Made by a program: the position numbers and the translations under genes. From Camelus ferus (Eukaryota), in the NCBI RefSeq assembly GCF_009834535.1, contig NC_045697.1, forward strand, positions 23,252,001-23,316,000: a stretch of DNA of 64,000 nucleotides, read 5' to 3'. Below the pieces are notes generated by a model, which was not told where the DNA came from, did no database searches, and saw only the letters and a program-made list of their open reading frames with translations. This document shows positions 1 to 13,789 of this stretch, one piece after another (positions within the stretch are counted from its first letter, which is position 1; every line of letters begins with the position of its first letter).

Positions 1-699
1 TTGAGTATTATAAAACTTTCTAAAATTGGTGCTGCTCAGAAATTGAATGTTCACTGAAATTTTGATTTTTTAAAATTATATTAGAATTTGATTGAAATTG
101 AGTGCCTGTACAGTGATAGAAAATTATAAAAATAATTATTCCTTAAAGTGAGAATTATACAGTCATCTCTGCTAGAAGCAAAATTTTTAAAGGTCAAACA
201 TCTAAAAGCTTAGAAGTGGAAGTGAGAGTGTGAATTGTGCTTCAATGCTCTTTTCTTTATATTTGGAAAACACAGCTTCATTCACACCTTTCCAGTTTTT
301 CAACTCTTTTGACAAAGCCTTCAGAGGAACTGCTGCTGATGACAACCATATCAGCCTAAGAGGAGAAAGTTTATAAACAAAAATGATAACACACTTTTTC
401 CAAATAAGAAGAATATGGTGAAATTAAACCAGATTCAAAAGAGAAAATGCACAAGTAAATACATTATGTAATAATGAATTATTTTAATAGTGACCTTACA
501 GTTTTTCAGATAGTTCAGTATATGAAACATCACAGCAAATAAACAAAAGCAGACAACAAACAAAAAACTAGGGGGCAGAGAAGGGAAGTATATAATCTAA
601 AAAGAGCACATGTTCACAGAAAACACGTATCTCTTCAAGTAATAGAAAAATACTGAATATATGATTCAGACTCTACCAGTGAAGTCATAAATGGGACCT

Positions 700-1780
700 T
701 AATCGTAAATCCTTGTCTTTGGATCAAGCAGGTCATTGGGTGCTGCATAGGTTAAGAATGGCTGTGCCGGTCTTTTCTTTTTCCCTCTGGGATGGGTCAT
801 ATATTCCATTGCTTCCCCTACACAGCTGCCTGATCCAAGGACTGATTCTGGTGACAGCCCCTGCCCTGACATACTTCTCAACATCACATATATTGATGAC
901 TGTAATCGCTCTTCCATTCCTCTGCAACTGTCACCATGTTAAAGTGTGGAGAAGTTGGCTCACTTTTGCTGGGAATTTGTAGAAATATGAAACATAGATG
1001 ACCTTGCAAAGTGTTTTATTGTTTCTAAAGATGCATGCATTACAATGTATGCATATTTTAAGGAGTGATAATAGCACATTCTGATTTTAGGGTGAGCTGT
1101 AGGATGTGAGTACTGATTAAAGTACTGAGATTAGGCTCCAAAGCTCACCTTACCTTTCCTCCAGTGATTGGTAATTGTTTCCTCATTTCCCCCTCCTATG
1201 GGACCAGGAGCAACCTGAGTGTTAAAGCAAAAAGACAAACTGAGTTGCATATACCCTGTGAAACTCAAAATGATTACTCACTTCTGGCTTCCTAAGTCTA
1301 CTCACTTCATTATTTATGTCAACGTCTCCCTGGAACCAAGATACCTGGAACCTCAATCAGGGCATTTCCCTGTCTTAATACAGGGAATCACTCAGTAGTC
1401 TGATCTCCACACCTCCCATAAGTTTTCTTAAATTCTTATGCTCATAATCCCAGATACGCTTTGTTTCCCAGCTCAGTTACACTAGGATTTCAAACTGAGA
1501 GGAGGTCTGAGTAATGCCACATTCAGTCATCTATTTTACAATTCCAAGTACTTGGAACTAGAGTATGATAGTAACATTTATTCCAATAAATCACCCTGCA
1601 TTTATTAGCATCATGCAAGACATCAATAAAGATCATTCAAAATCATCCACATTTACAACTTACGGGATAAAACCCGTACCAGTGGGTCCTTCTGTGCTCT
1701 GGGTGGTCATATTGCTGGTGAAAACTAACAAGATCTGTTACAAGCTCATCCTCATGACCTCTAGGGAGCCTAACTAACAC
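700..1780 (-). mobile_element. Highly decayed ERV-L/MaLR internal remnant (integrase to pol C-terminal region)
   Basis: Minus strand has stretches resembling ERV-L pol motifs: a DQGTHF / AAGLIERWN-like region near 1580-1690, a GLEVLVP-like region near 1330-1360 and a TPPGKxPRPAE-like region near 765-800. Weak, matched by eye. Confidence 0.4.
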
Positions 1781-1922
1781 CTTGACTGGTGTTAGAAAGG
1801 AATGAAGCAGGGAGGGATAAAGACTAATTAAGAATTGGCTAGGTGAAAAAAAAATCACTGTTGCAAAGTAGATTTTTTAAAACAATGTTATGTGTTGGGA
1901 ATAGTATTTTATAAATTGCGGT

Positions 1923-2143
1923 ATAATCATTTATTGAGAGCTCACAATATAAATTATATTAGTCCTTGCATTCATCATCTTATTTAACTCCCACCACAAT
2001 TCTGATCTAGAAACTATCATTCTTCCTGTTTTAGTGATGAGGATATTGAGACTTAGAAAGCTTTAATAACTTGTAAGTGCTGAAAAGAGCTTGAGCCAAG
2101 ATGCTGACATCAGAGACTGAATACTTAAATAGAGCTACACACT
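1923..2143 (-). mobile_element. MIR SINE
   Basis: Reverse MIR core: catttattgagagctcac ... ttttagtgatgaggatattgagacttagaaag ... taacttg. Confidence 0.75.
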
Positions 2144-3254
2144 GTATTGTATTTAAATGTATTGTGGAACTAAGTTTAAATAATATTTTGAACAAGTGAA
2201 AAGAAAACCAGATATTCCTATTGCTGCATCTTCCCGAAAGTGGAATTCTAGCTCATACTCTTCACGTAGTGCAACATTTTTCTGCTTGCAAGCCTTCAAA
2301 AATACTGGTTTTTAGAGGGATTTATTTAAAAAGCTGGAAAAAAAAATGAGCCAAAATAGATGTCTACACTTCTGAACATGTACTTAGCATACTAGTACAA
2401 CTTTCCTGTTGAAAATGCAAGGAAGTTAAACTACCAATTTTTAAGGCAAGCAGAGAAAGAGAAGTTGTAAGTTTTAAGTATTATAAATACACTCTAGCTT
2501 AATTTAGAAATCCTAGTATCAAATTTTTATTAGTACTGTCAAGAATCAAAATCCTAGCATTTTCTCTAGACTTCAGCATTACTGAATTTTTCTTCTCAGT
2601 GATACACGTTGTTTGATTGTTCATACAGAAGGCGATGATATTCTAGTCACTGGCTGGTAGCACTTTCTTTTCACTTTTCAGTACATTCTATCTTTATACC
2701 CCGAAGAGGTATATATTTTAAAAGAATCTGAATTTATGACAAACTTTGAACAAACTTTCAACAGTAAGGAATATCATTGTAAGTCATCCCAATTACCCAC
2801 TTAGGTGGTGATATAGTGTATTTTTCTATCGGTGCCAGATATGGTATGTGGGACTCGAAAAGGGATATTTTTCTAAGCTGCAGATTTCTCATCTGGAAAA
2901 TGCTGATCATATTCTCACAATATAATAGACTCACAGCTTTTATATTTTTATGTATGAAAATTAATTTAATTGGCACAAGCAATGAAGTTAGAGAAACATG
3001 GGGGTCACGGGAAGCACCTTATTTATCATGACCATTATTAGAAATTAAGTGTATATATATAAATTTAACACGATTCTAACGTTTTGCCGTATTTTCTCAG
3101 TCGCCTTTACCATTTTCATGTTTGACATATTCAAATGTGCTTTTTCTACTAATAGCCAGTTACTATGTCTTTTTGTCAGAAGGCTGCCCTCATGAATTAT
3201 TTACAATATTGAGATGATAAGAGAGATCCTTGAAGATGCTAAAAAATTGTCTTA

Positions 3255-3410
3255 ACCACTTAGGGTTCTTAGACATCAGTAAGAGGAACAGCTCTGGCAA
3301 GTTAATCTGGGAGACGTCCACAGAATTCACAAATTAGCCGGGTATCATAGACTCAAAGGATAAGCTGAAGGACTAAGTTTGGAAAATGGGTAAGAACTAT
3401 GAGGGGAAAA
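3255..3410. mobile_element. MLT1-type (MLT1N2-like) LTR fragment
   Basis: ttagggttcttagacatcagtaagaggaacagctctggcaagttaa ... tttggaaaatggg resembles an old MaLR LTR end. Confidence 0.4.
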
Positions 3411-4949
3411 AAATCGTATCATTAAGCAAAAGAAATTGCTAGGTCCTCTCAACGGAGCCCTAGGCTTTGCCTGGCAGAGTCTCTGGTTTTTATCTGATTC
3501 TACACACGTTACATTGTTTATTGGGTCACCAATGACAAAATTACTTACAACCCTGTAGGCGAAGATGTTAAAATGTAGTGAATTGATGGTAATGCAGATG
3601 ATTCCTGTTAATAATAATAGAAAATATAATTTCTGTAATCCAAAATTTCATGTGAACTAGTTTTAACGTCAAACTGGTTCTCTCATTCACTTACTTTTGA
3701 ATAAAAATCCTTGGCTTGTGAGTATTTTATATTTGTGTGGTGATTATGTATTTAACTTTTGGAGAACAAAATATATTTTAGCATAACCAAAGAGAGAGGT
3801 TGTAACCATCACCAAGTTGATTCACAGGAACTAGCTTTGATAGCACGCTGCTGCTAATACTGTGGGGGGGGGGAATGGTAGGAAAAAATGTAGAATATTA
3901 GCCTTGTGTTTGATATATCTCCACTTTTTGCACTATCTAAAATAAACGTTAACTTGGACTGGAATTGGCATACATGGAGGAAAGTAAAATAGTACCTACA
4001 CGTTAAAATAAGCTGATCTTTGAGGTGTTTTTGATTCATTATAGCTTAATTTTTCAATTGCCTTAGAGCAACATCAGTAGAACATGAAGTTCTGGGTTTG
4101 AAAAAAAAAAAAAAAAAAAGGATGAGGGGAGAATCATTAGGATTTACGATTTCTACCAGAGAGGATCACTGGCTTTGATTGTTAGCATGTGGAAATCTGC
4201 CAAAAAAGTAAGATGGAATTCTACTAATTTTTGTAGAAATCAAAACCCCCCTCCAACATAATTAAACAGTAACACCCAATAAGTAAAGTCTTAAAGCAAT
4301 CCAGTGCCCCCAAGCCCCTCCCTATAGTAATGTGTCTGTGAAAATAGGGTCACCTCAAGGAAAGGCATCGTCTCTAAAATATATTTCAGCTCTAGGATTC
4401 GGGTATAAGAGAAAGAGAATCTCTCAGCTGTCAGAACTTGGGCTGCCGTATTTTCTAGTTAGTGAGCGAAGAGTTCAGTATAATTTGAAAATTACCATCA
4501 CCCAGCAATTGATGAGAATTTCTAATGTTTCCCTTTCTGAATAAATATTGTAATATTTTTCCTGTGTTTCTTCCACAATCAGGTAAATTATCATCTATTT
4601 TATTAGTCACAGGATCACGAGGAAGTGCATTTTGTTCATATGGACGGAATGAAAATTCATGCTAATTTTACCTTGGTAGGATAATTTGAAATGGCATCAT
4701 GTATGTTCTGAATATGTTCTTTTGTTGGGAAGAAGGGAGTGTAGAGATGTTGGCTGTCCAAAGAGAGACTGGCAGATGTTGATAGTGGCCAAGCCAATAT
4801 CCATCACCCTTTTTCCTTAATATCAGGACCCATTGCAGATTGACAACAGGCAAGCTTAAAAAAACACCAAAATGTTTCCTTCCTCCTTTCTGGTTAGATT
4901 ATAGCCATATAAGACAGTATTAATCAATAAAAAATATAATGCTCCAATC

Positions 4950-5175
4950 TCTCTCTTTTTGCCAGAAATGTGGGCTTAATATTTGAAACTCAGGCTGCCA
5001 TTTTTTGCAACTGTGAGTAAAAAGTCATGAAAATCTCCAACATTAGATTTGACTTCTTTAAGCCTGTGAACTAACATGAGAAATTGTTCCCTCCATTCTT
5101 GTAAAATGAGAAAATATGGTTACCACTGTGGCAGTCTATGTTACATGCTGCAAAAGGTAAATCCTAACTAAAACA
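4950..5175 (+). mobile_element. Old MLT1 (J/K/L-like) MaLR LTR, 3' part
   Basis: gctgccattttttgcaactgtgag ... cttgtaaaatgagaaaat ... tgttacatgctgcaaaaggtaaatcctaactaaaaca is a typical MLT1 3' terminus. Confidence 0.55.
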
Positions 5176-6119
5176 CCTGCACTTGATTGTGATTGAGCCC
5201 TGAGTCCTGAGCTTTTCAGGCTTTCAGCTTCAAACAATACACCTTTGGTCTCCTGAAGGACAAGAGGAAGGATACTCTACCCCCTGCATAAGTTAAGGAA
5301 GAGAAATCTGTGCATTTAATTTGCACCACATGAAATTTATCAGGTAATCTCCTGACTCCCTCCACCCCAGATTACCTGATGAACTGTCCCCTCTCCTCTG
5401 TTCCAAACTTCTGGCTTTTGTGGGATTCTGTATCATATTATGATTTGTCTTATGTTTATCTCCTTCTTAAAAGCTAAGATTCTGTTCTTCCTCTGTTTAA
5501 AAATTCAATAATCACTGCATAGTTCAATTCCCATTTTCCTCAAGTGTGTTGATTCCTCTTACCCATTATTGTTTTCTCTCATGCTCTGTGTCCTTGTGAA
5601 TTCATATTTTGTTTTTCCCCCATCCTGCACTGAGATTATGTTATCAGATCTAATAGTTACAAAGAAAAAGTTAAAATTCCTGCACAAACATCAGTGATTA
5701 TTTAGCAAATCTTTAAAAACATTTAACAAATCCCCTAATGCATCTTGAGTTCTGCTTTGGTTCCTGTATCAATTTGAGTTCTACTTCTTCCCCTTTTTAA
5801 GTGACCAAATAATTTTCTTTAGCTCCAAAAGGCTAGTAAAGAATCCTCACAGTTTGACATTTTTCTAAAATTTAAATACTAATTCAATTGATGCATAGTT
5901 TGCATATTTGCTATAAAATATTTGAATAAAATGTGTTTCATTGTTATATTTATAGATTTATGACTAAAGCTGCATTTCTTGAAATCTTCAAAAATTTAAA
6001 ATACAGTGATTCACTTCAAATGATTCCACCATAAATATTTCTGATGTCAAATCCAAACCTCAGATTCGGTTTGAATTTGAACTGAATTTTAATTTGGTTT
6101 GAATTTGTGAATTTAGTCA

Positions 6120-6540
6120 CAGTGGTGGACAGTGTTGTGGACTTAACATCTTTTGTCTTTCATCTTAGAATCCCTCAGGCTTTGCCCACATGGATTTGCT
6201 CTGGCTGAACCTAAGCACTGCACAAAATTGCAGAGGAGTTACTATCCTCCAAAGATAGCTTTCAGTGAAGGGGATATACGAGCCACTGGTAAATGTGCCA
6301 GCTTCCAGATCTTCCTTGGGACAAGTCTGAGAGGTTCCCAGGAGATTCCAGTGGAAACAAGCCTTCATTGTCCACAGCAATTACATCAACCGTGTACCTT
6401 AACGATGAATGTGCTGCTTTGCCTCACTCTCCCCACTCTCTCACTCGGATAGTTCTCTGCCTTGGATAGTTGTCTAAATAAATTATCTCTACCCAAATCC
6501 CTGTCCTAGGCTTTGTTATTAGGGGAAACTGAACCAAAAA
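6120..6540 (+). mobile_element. LTR16-family solo LTR (ERV-L)
   Basis: Contains ttgggacaagtctgagagg and ends ctaaataaattatctctacccaaatccctgtcctaggctttgttattaggggaaactgaacc, matching the LTR16 3' end. Confidence 0.7.
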
Positions 6541-9361
6541 AGAGATCAATAACCTTATGTCAAAGTCTGAAGCTGCTCATAGGACCATTTCTGCCCAGAT
6601 TCTCACAAAGGGACCCTTTAATTATCAGAAGGCTATGAGTAAGCTCCATATGGGAGGAGCAAAAGAAAAAAGAAAAAAAAATTATATTTGATTTTTACCC
6701 AGAGTTAATAACATTTATTAACTACAAAAATGTTAAGTTCATTAAAGCGTGGATCTGTGTGAGGCAATGTAACAATAAAAGAAATGCTCAGCCAGGTACC
6801 TAGGTGCATTATAGTTCATTGTTTAATCCAAAATTTTCCATGTATATGAACCTAAAGAACAGGATTTTAGAGTTTGGACAGACTAACAGAAAATAATTAC
6901 CAAAATTCTTGTGTTTATATTTCTAGCTGTGTTATGAAAATCAAAATGCAATTGCTGGTTTGATATAGTAAAAATAATAATGCTTGTGGACTCTTAAGAG
7001 TATAATAAATTTTCAAATTGTACTGGAGAGCATTTAAGAAACATATAATTAATTGATTCTCAAATCCTTAAAGAACTAGGATCGGGTGGTGGCATGTACT
7101 GAATCAGCGGCACCATAATACAGCATTTTATGTGTTTGGCTAATGACTATTTCCATGAGTGTTTGCTAGCTAGTCAGCCAGTACTGAGAGATGTTAGGTA
7201 GAGAAATTACTCACAGTCGTGTTTAGTAAAATGAGAAAGAATTGTCAAATGACACTAATAATAATGATCCTATAGCAGGCTAAATAATTCAATGATGATT
7301 ACAGGTATTAATCTACCTTTCTTTTCTGATTATGAATCTTCTTTTATCATGATGGGGGTAGCAGATTGTCTGCAATGGATTGTGAAAACCCAGCAGTGAC
7401 TTTGGCAGTGAAGTTCTCCCATCAATTTTGATAGATTAAAATAATGATAGTTGGTCTTGAGCAAATATGTCAATTTCTTTCTTTCTGTGGTGTCATTAAA
7501 GGAAAAAAGATGCGATAGTAAATGTGTGCTGTTATTCCGCAGAGGAGAAACAGTCATACTGTCAACAGGAGGCAGTTAACAACGTAGTGTAGTTAACTAC
7601 CTTCCGCTACTAGCATTGGAAGTAAAATCCCAGTATTTCACATAACCCTGCTTTTTTGATGGAAAAGAAACAATGATATCACTTACATTTGAGGGTCCTG
7701 CTATTATGTAGCTATTTTGAACATGTCTATTGTAATATATTTCTTTTTTTAGACTGCATAACAATTCACTCAGAGATCAATTTGGATTACAAATTATTTT
7801 TGTCTGGGTTTATAATTTAAAATAGCTGAAAGATGAAAAATATTTTGTACTACAACATAATACAGTGATCAAAATACTCACCATAATATTGACTCCTAAT
7901 GTACAGAAATAAATTTTAAAATGTAGTTATCATTCAGTATAGGTTCAGTTGGCCATTCTTTAAAAATTATTACATCTCTCTAGTGCGAAATGTGAGTTTG
8001 ACAATCTTGTCCAGTTCATTATATCAGACCACCTGTACATTTTTATCACCATATTAATAGCATAGCACATCATGTAGTTAAGACATTTTAAAATAGAACT
8101 ATAATGTATACATTTCAAAAGCACAGGCACACCTAAAACCATGATGTCAAAAAGATGAACGTCTGTGATGCAGTAGAGATTCAACAAATAAACAGTAGTA
8201 TCCAGAGCTTTGAGTGAGGTCTATGAATATTGTATAAGGCTAGGCCAAAGTGTGGTTCTAATATGAATAACCTGTTCTTAAATTAGAATTATAGTGAGTA
8301 CAAAGTCAATCCAAATGGTGGATGGATTTTAGCTATCCTGATTCAGTGACCAAATTGGGATAATTTTAGTTTAATCAGATCTTGATTTCTAAATATTTTA
8401 CATTAGAGAGATACCCACATGCACATTTCAAATAAGGTTTTTTTTTTTTTTTTTTAAGATATAACTCCTTTGGCACAAGTTTTCAAGACATTAGTTGGCT
8501 TTGTAGACTGTTTAGGACATGTGCTATTCTAAATGTTTCATACCAAAAATATGTAAGCCAGACCAAAGCTACATACACATATCTAACCAGATAACAATTT
8601 TTATGGAGTTATTTTATGCCATCATCACATGCTGTTTCAAAAGTTGCTGATTATTTAAAATATATCTTCTTTTCCCCCCTTGACTACATACTACTTAGAG
8701 AAGACTTAAAGAATCTTTTACTTTGATGATAATTGTCATTAAATACAGACTTCAGGATATATTTCCTATACTTTAATCTTATCCCTGGATGGTGCAAAAA
8801 ATAAACTAAGATTAAAAATGAATGTAAAAGATCCTTATTTCAATAAAGAAAAGGGTGTTTTAAGATTGTGTCTTCAGGTGACTATAATACTCACTAATTT
8901 TGTAAAGACATTTAAAGATTTTAAAAACTGCAGATACTGGGGGAAATTACTCTTCCAGAACACTTTTTGATGCATTTAATACTCATTTTGTTCTGTTTAT
9001 TCCTTCCTTATCAGACATAGAGAAAGACACTGAGCCTTAATAGAACTTAAGAGAAACTAGAGTGGTTTGATGAATTGTCAAATGGGAGGCAGCTAAACTA
9101 ATCAGTAGTTGTGCCAGATACTGTTTCATCTTCTTTATTAGTTTACCTCAGTCATTTTCTTGCCAGGATCAATTTACCTTGTCCTAGGTTCAAATAAAGA
9201 TCAAGATTGTTTTCTACTTTGTGAGAATAAATAGAACTGGGTTAAATTAATCAGCTAATCAATATAAGTAAAGTCATTAAATAGTTAATGAATTATTAAT
9301 TAAAAAACAAAACAAACAAACAAGCCCTACCACTATCAAGCTAAAAATGTGTTACTTAGGA

Positions 9362-9686
9362 CACTGGTCTTCAGACAGCTAGGCATAGCACTGAGGGCTA
9401 CACCAAAATTTTCTAAATTTAAAAGTGCGCTAATAGTCTTAAAAAAATCACAGCATACATAGCTTACATCCATATGTACTATGTGCTAACCCTCCTTTTC
9501 TACTTCCTCTTTTGTAAAAGGACTTCTCCCGCTTTATAAATCAAGGGCATTCTCACAACATCAGTCTGATTATGGAATGTTACTCCATGTATAAAAACTT
9601 CCAGGGAATCAAACAAAAGTGCAACAGGGAATACTGTTTTTCAAAGAGGACTCTTTTATCGTTAAACAAGGCTCAGTAGACCACTG
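9362..9686. mobile_element. hAT-Charlie non-autonomous DNA transposon (Charlie4-like)
   Basis: Inverted ends cactggtct / agaccactg (CAGTGGTCT-type TIR). Internal ccatatgtact and cttctcccgctttataaa resemble Charlie4-like consensus. No TSD retained. Confidence 0.55.
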
Positions 9687-11789
9687 TGGGACTTCTCTAT
9701 ATATGCATGGCATTAAAGTGGGGTATTTTGCCTCGTCAATACATTGTTAAATTTGATTTTGTACAGAAAATGGGCAATGGGAGATTATAAACTACCCATT
9801 TAATTAATATTTCCAAGTACTATATATCCTTATGAGAGAATGTTGTGAGAATAAAGAAAAGAAAGCACTAATTTAAAAAAAAATCAAGAGCTATTTTTCC
9901 ACAAATTTAAGCATGAAGTAGCTAATCGTTTCTCAGTTATAACTGTTAAAACAGAAAATACCTTCAAACAGCAAAAGAAATTTGTTAGTGGCACTGACTC
10001 AATTAAATGTAACTGAATGTTTCAAAACTATCATATTTTTTAGTGTTGTACTGGATACAATTCAAGGCTAAAGACTTTATACACTTTCTTTTATATGTAG
10101 TATATTCATTATTTACAAAGGTATTTCCAAATTTTTTGCACAAATCATGAAATGTTTATTCTAACTACAATTTATTTTCATAATATTTTGTTTCTATGTG
10201 TTTAATATATTTTAACTTCTAATAACAAAAGTATAAAATCAAATACTACTTGCTAAAGCTACTCATTTTAAATAATATAGACCTTCATCTTCCACTAACT
10301 ACACAGAAAGAATTTTATCATGATCTCTAATGGCATTAATAGTTATAAGTAAATATTTATATGTGATCTTTAAATATTTTTAAAGCAGAATACCAGATTT
10401 CAACACACTCATGCCTATTGAAATAATAACATGTCTTGTATCCTAATTCTTATTTCATAAATATCTTACAATTTCAGCTACTATTTTTTTTTGAAAATTT
10501 AGTATTAAGAAACAGCATTTATTCATGTTATTAAAACTTATTACTGTGTTAGAACCATGTTTGTCATGATATAAGTGCTATTAGTAATACAGCTTATAAA
10601 ACATAATCTGGAATGTATTTTTCATTATATTTATAATATTTTATGCCATGCATATAGTTTCATCTACTTCACAAATGAAGTAACTTTTTGTTTGACAGAA
10701 AGTAAATCTGATTTTTTCCAACTAGTATAAGATTGATCATGCTTTTGCTAAGGTGGTAATATGGTAGGCATATTTACTCCATAAAGCGGATGAGATAAAA
10801 ATATACATATGATATTTTGACAAAAATATGTAAAATCCAAGGAATATAAAAATATTTTCCCTAAAAATATAGTCTTGACACAGACGTATGGAAATTAACT
10901 TTTAAAAAGTATATCCACAACTTTTATGATCAAATTGGGCAAATATGTTCCCATGGACTGAAACAAAAATTACAGGCATAATTATTATTCTTGCTAGGAA
11001 TTTCATGATTTAAAATTAACTAAGTCCATAATTCTACTGAGCAGATGCAAATCCTTTTGTAGATAAATTGATTTTTAATTATCTATATTTAATAAAGAAG
11101 GAAAAACTAATAGAGATTTCAGTTTTTATGCCATTTTTAATATATCACTATTTTTGTCTGAATTATAACTTGGGAGTTTAAGGAATCCAGCAATTTTTTT
11201 TTTCCAACAAGCCCAACCTCCTTATTAAAATGAAATTCAGTAGTAGAATTGATTACAAATCCCCATCTCATTTTAACAAAATAGTAATAAACTGTGGACT
11301 TTAAAAAATTGCCTCACTAATCTCATTAAAAGATTATTCCAATAAATTGTACTTATTGCCTAATTATTATCAGTAGTATACTTTGTGTTCATTATATGGT
11401 TTATAATATCAATAATTTAATATAAATGATTTTTGTTTTTACTATTTATAGCTTTATTTCATTTATTTATAATGATAAGATTGTTGAAAATATCAACATA
11501 CATGCCTATTTTCATTGTAAAACTGTAACTCATTAATAAAAGTCTTCTTACACAGAAATATATTAAACTAGACAAAAATTCCATGGCATATGTAAAAAGG
11601 AAATACATGCTCAAAAAAGATAAGGAATCATACAAAACTGTCTACTGTTAAAGAAGAGTGTTTGCATATATTTTAAGTGGATAATGTTGTATGTCAAATC
11701 ACTGTAGTAAAAGAATGGTTTAATTGTTTTGTTTTTAAATGTCAATACTGACAACACTCTGAAAACTATGTCCTTTGAAACAAATATTG

Positions 11790-11980
11790 ACATTCTGTCC
11801 TATGCCAGGCACTGGACTGTGAGCAAGTCATAGCAACATTCAAGAAAAAATGCCTACTTGAAAGATTACATTATGCTCTTGTAGGAGATAGGGTAAACAT
11901 TTATAAGACTATGGATTAAATATAATAATAGAGTTATATAAAGGCACTATCACAGAAGGGAAGAAGGGAGGAATTACACT
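11790..11980 (-). mobile_element. L2 LINE 3' fragment
   Basis: cctatgccaggcactggactgtgagc ... aaggcactatcacagaagggaag matches the reverse L2 3' end pattern. Confidence 0.45.
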
Positions 11981-12399
11981 GCCATCAATGGTTAGTGCAA
12001 TATCATTGCTCTAGTGAATTTTTTATTTAATTACGGTCATATATGGTATTTCATTTGTACAGTATGTCATGTAATGATTAATATAATGAGGTAGTACTGA
12101 ATGACTTTACATGATATTTGCTAACTTGGTAATATATGTGTATCTGGGATTCTGGTAACATTTTAAACATTATTCTAAGCGTGCATACATTTACTTAATG
12201 AACTGATATTTACCTGAAGAATATGATACATGAATTATATAATGTAAATAACTGAAATACATAACATTTGTAGGAAAATTATTATGTTCGATATATTTAT
12301 ATCATTTCTTGTAGGCTATTCCCCAATGGTGTGAAATTCTGTATCACTTTTTTCAAAGGAATCTCCTCGCTCTGTACGCTGTCTTTTCCCCTTCTCAGG

Positions 12400-12638
12400 G
12401 GCTGCAAAGTGTCATCTTGGTGGTGAGACAGTTTTAATCATGTAAATGACAAACATACCCTAGAGGTTAACAGGGCACATTAGATATAATCTGGGTGCAA
12501 GATTATCTTATATGGTAGAACCACTTACTTGTCCTGGAATTCTGAGTTCTTTCTACACTACAACGAAGAAATAAATTTCTGTATCGTTTGAGCCACTGCA
12601 TTTTCGTTTTCTTCTTTACAATAACATAATCTGTGACA
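12400..12638 (+). mobile_element. MLT1 LTR 3' fragment
   Basis: gaaataaatttctgtatcgtttgagccactgcattttcg ... ataatctgtgaca is an MLT1 3' terminus. Confidence 0.6.
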
Positions 12639-13789
12639 GATTTCTTTCAGTTTATTGATATAAGGAGACAAGCAAGTCTGTTGTCGGTCGAAAGATCAGG
12701 AGAATGCTTTAATTTGGAATAAATGGAGAAAGTTCAGATTACTCAATGTGGAGAATACACTAAGACGACCCCTTGCATGCTGCATTGCAAAATTCAGCTT
12801 TGTGCCTCAGAAGAATCACATATTGCTTCTGTTTTTGAAAGCTTATTTTTGAGACAGTGTACAAAAGGAAGATGGCATGTTTATAAACTTTTTAGGAATA
12901 AAGTTACAGAGGCATTTCTCTAAGAGATACAACTTTTGTCATCACTCTTTTACTGAGAATTTCTACATCATCAAAGCCCCATCATTCTGGTGATTTATGA
13001 TACTAATAAAGCATCATGATGACCATGATGATGTATATGTGAGTCATAATATATCACCACAATGGTATCTCTGAAATGATTTATCAGGATAGTACATCAC
13101 TATGGTGACGTTGCTTGGATGTTGAACTACCAGCAAGAAGACATCCCTCAGACGTAAAATCCTTATTTTAATAATAAGTGTTTTATTTTTCATGAATTTA
13201 TTTTTATGAGAAGTGAACTGTTATGTCAGGTTGGTGAAAAAAACAATACATTCAAAATATTAACTCTGTGGTTTTTACTACCATGGAAAAGGTACTGTTA
13301 TATAAAGAAAGGTTTGAGGACAGAAATCATATGAACTGTTCAATTATTTCTGGAAATATTTTACTCCCATAAACCAATAAACTACAGTTAGAATTTTGCC
13401 CTGGACTTCCAATTTTCTTTTTCCTTTGTATACACGTAGTAAATTAAACTTATATTAGTTTACAATGATAATGTAAAAGGAGGTTTTATGTTCAAATTCC
13501 TTCTTGATAACCAATGAAAAAGTTAAATCTGAACATCAAAACACAGATGTCCAAATGAAATCACCAGCCCCAAGTAACAGGTGAATGTATGTGTTCTCCC
13601 AGTTCTCTGAGAGCTTAAAAACAAACACAAAGCAGAAATTCATGTTATTACTTAATTAAAAGCAGAGTCTGTACCTTACTTAGCAAGATTTAAACTTGCC
13701 AAATTGTTGAAGTCAATGCTGTTCCTATGGTCTGTTTTCATGTAGACTAATGGTAGGTGAAATTTTGCTATTTCCTGGAATGCTTTATT

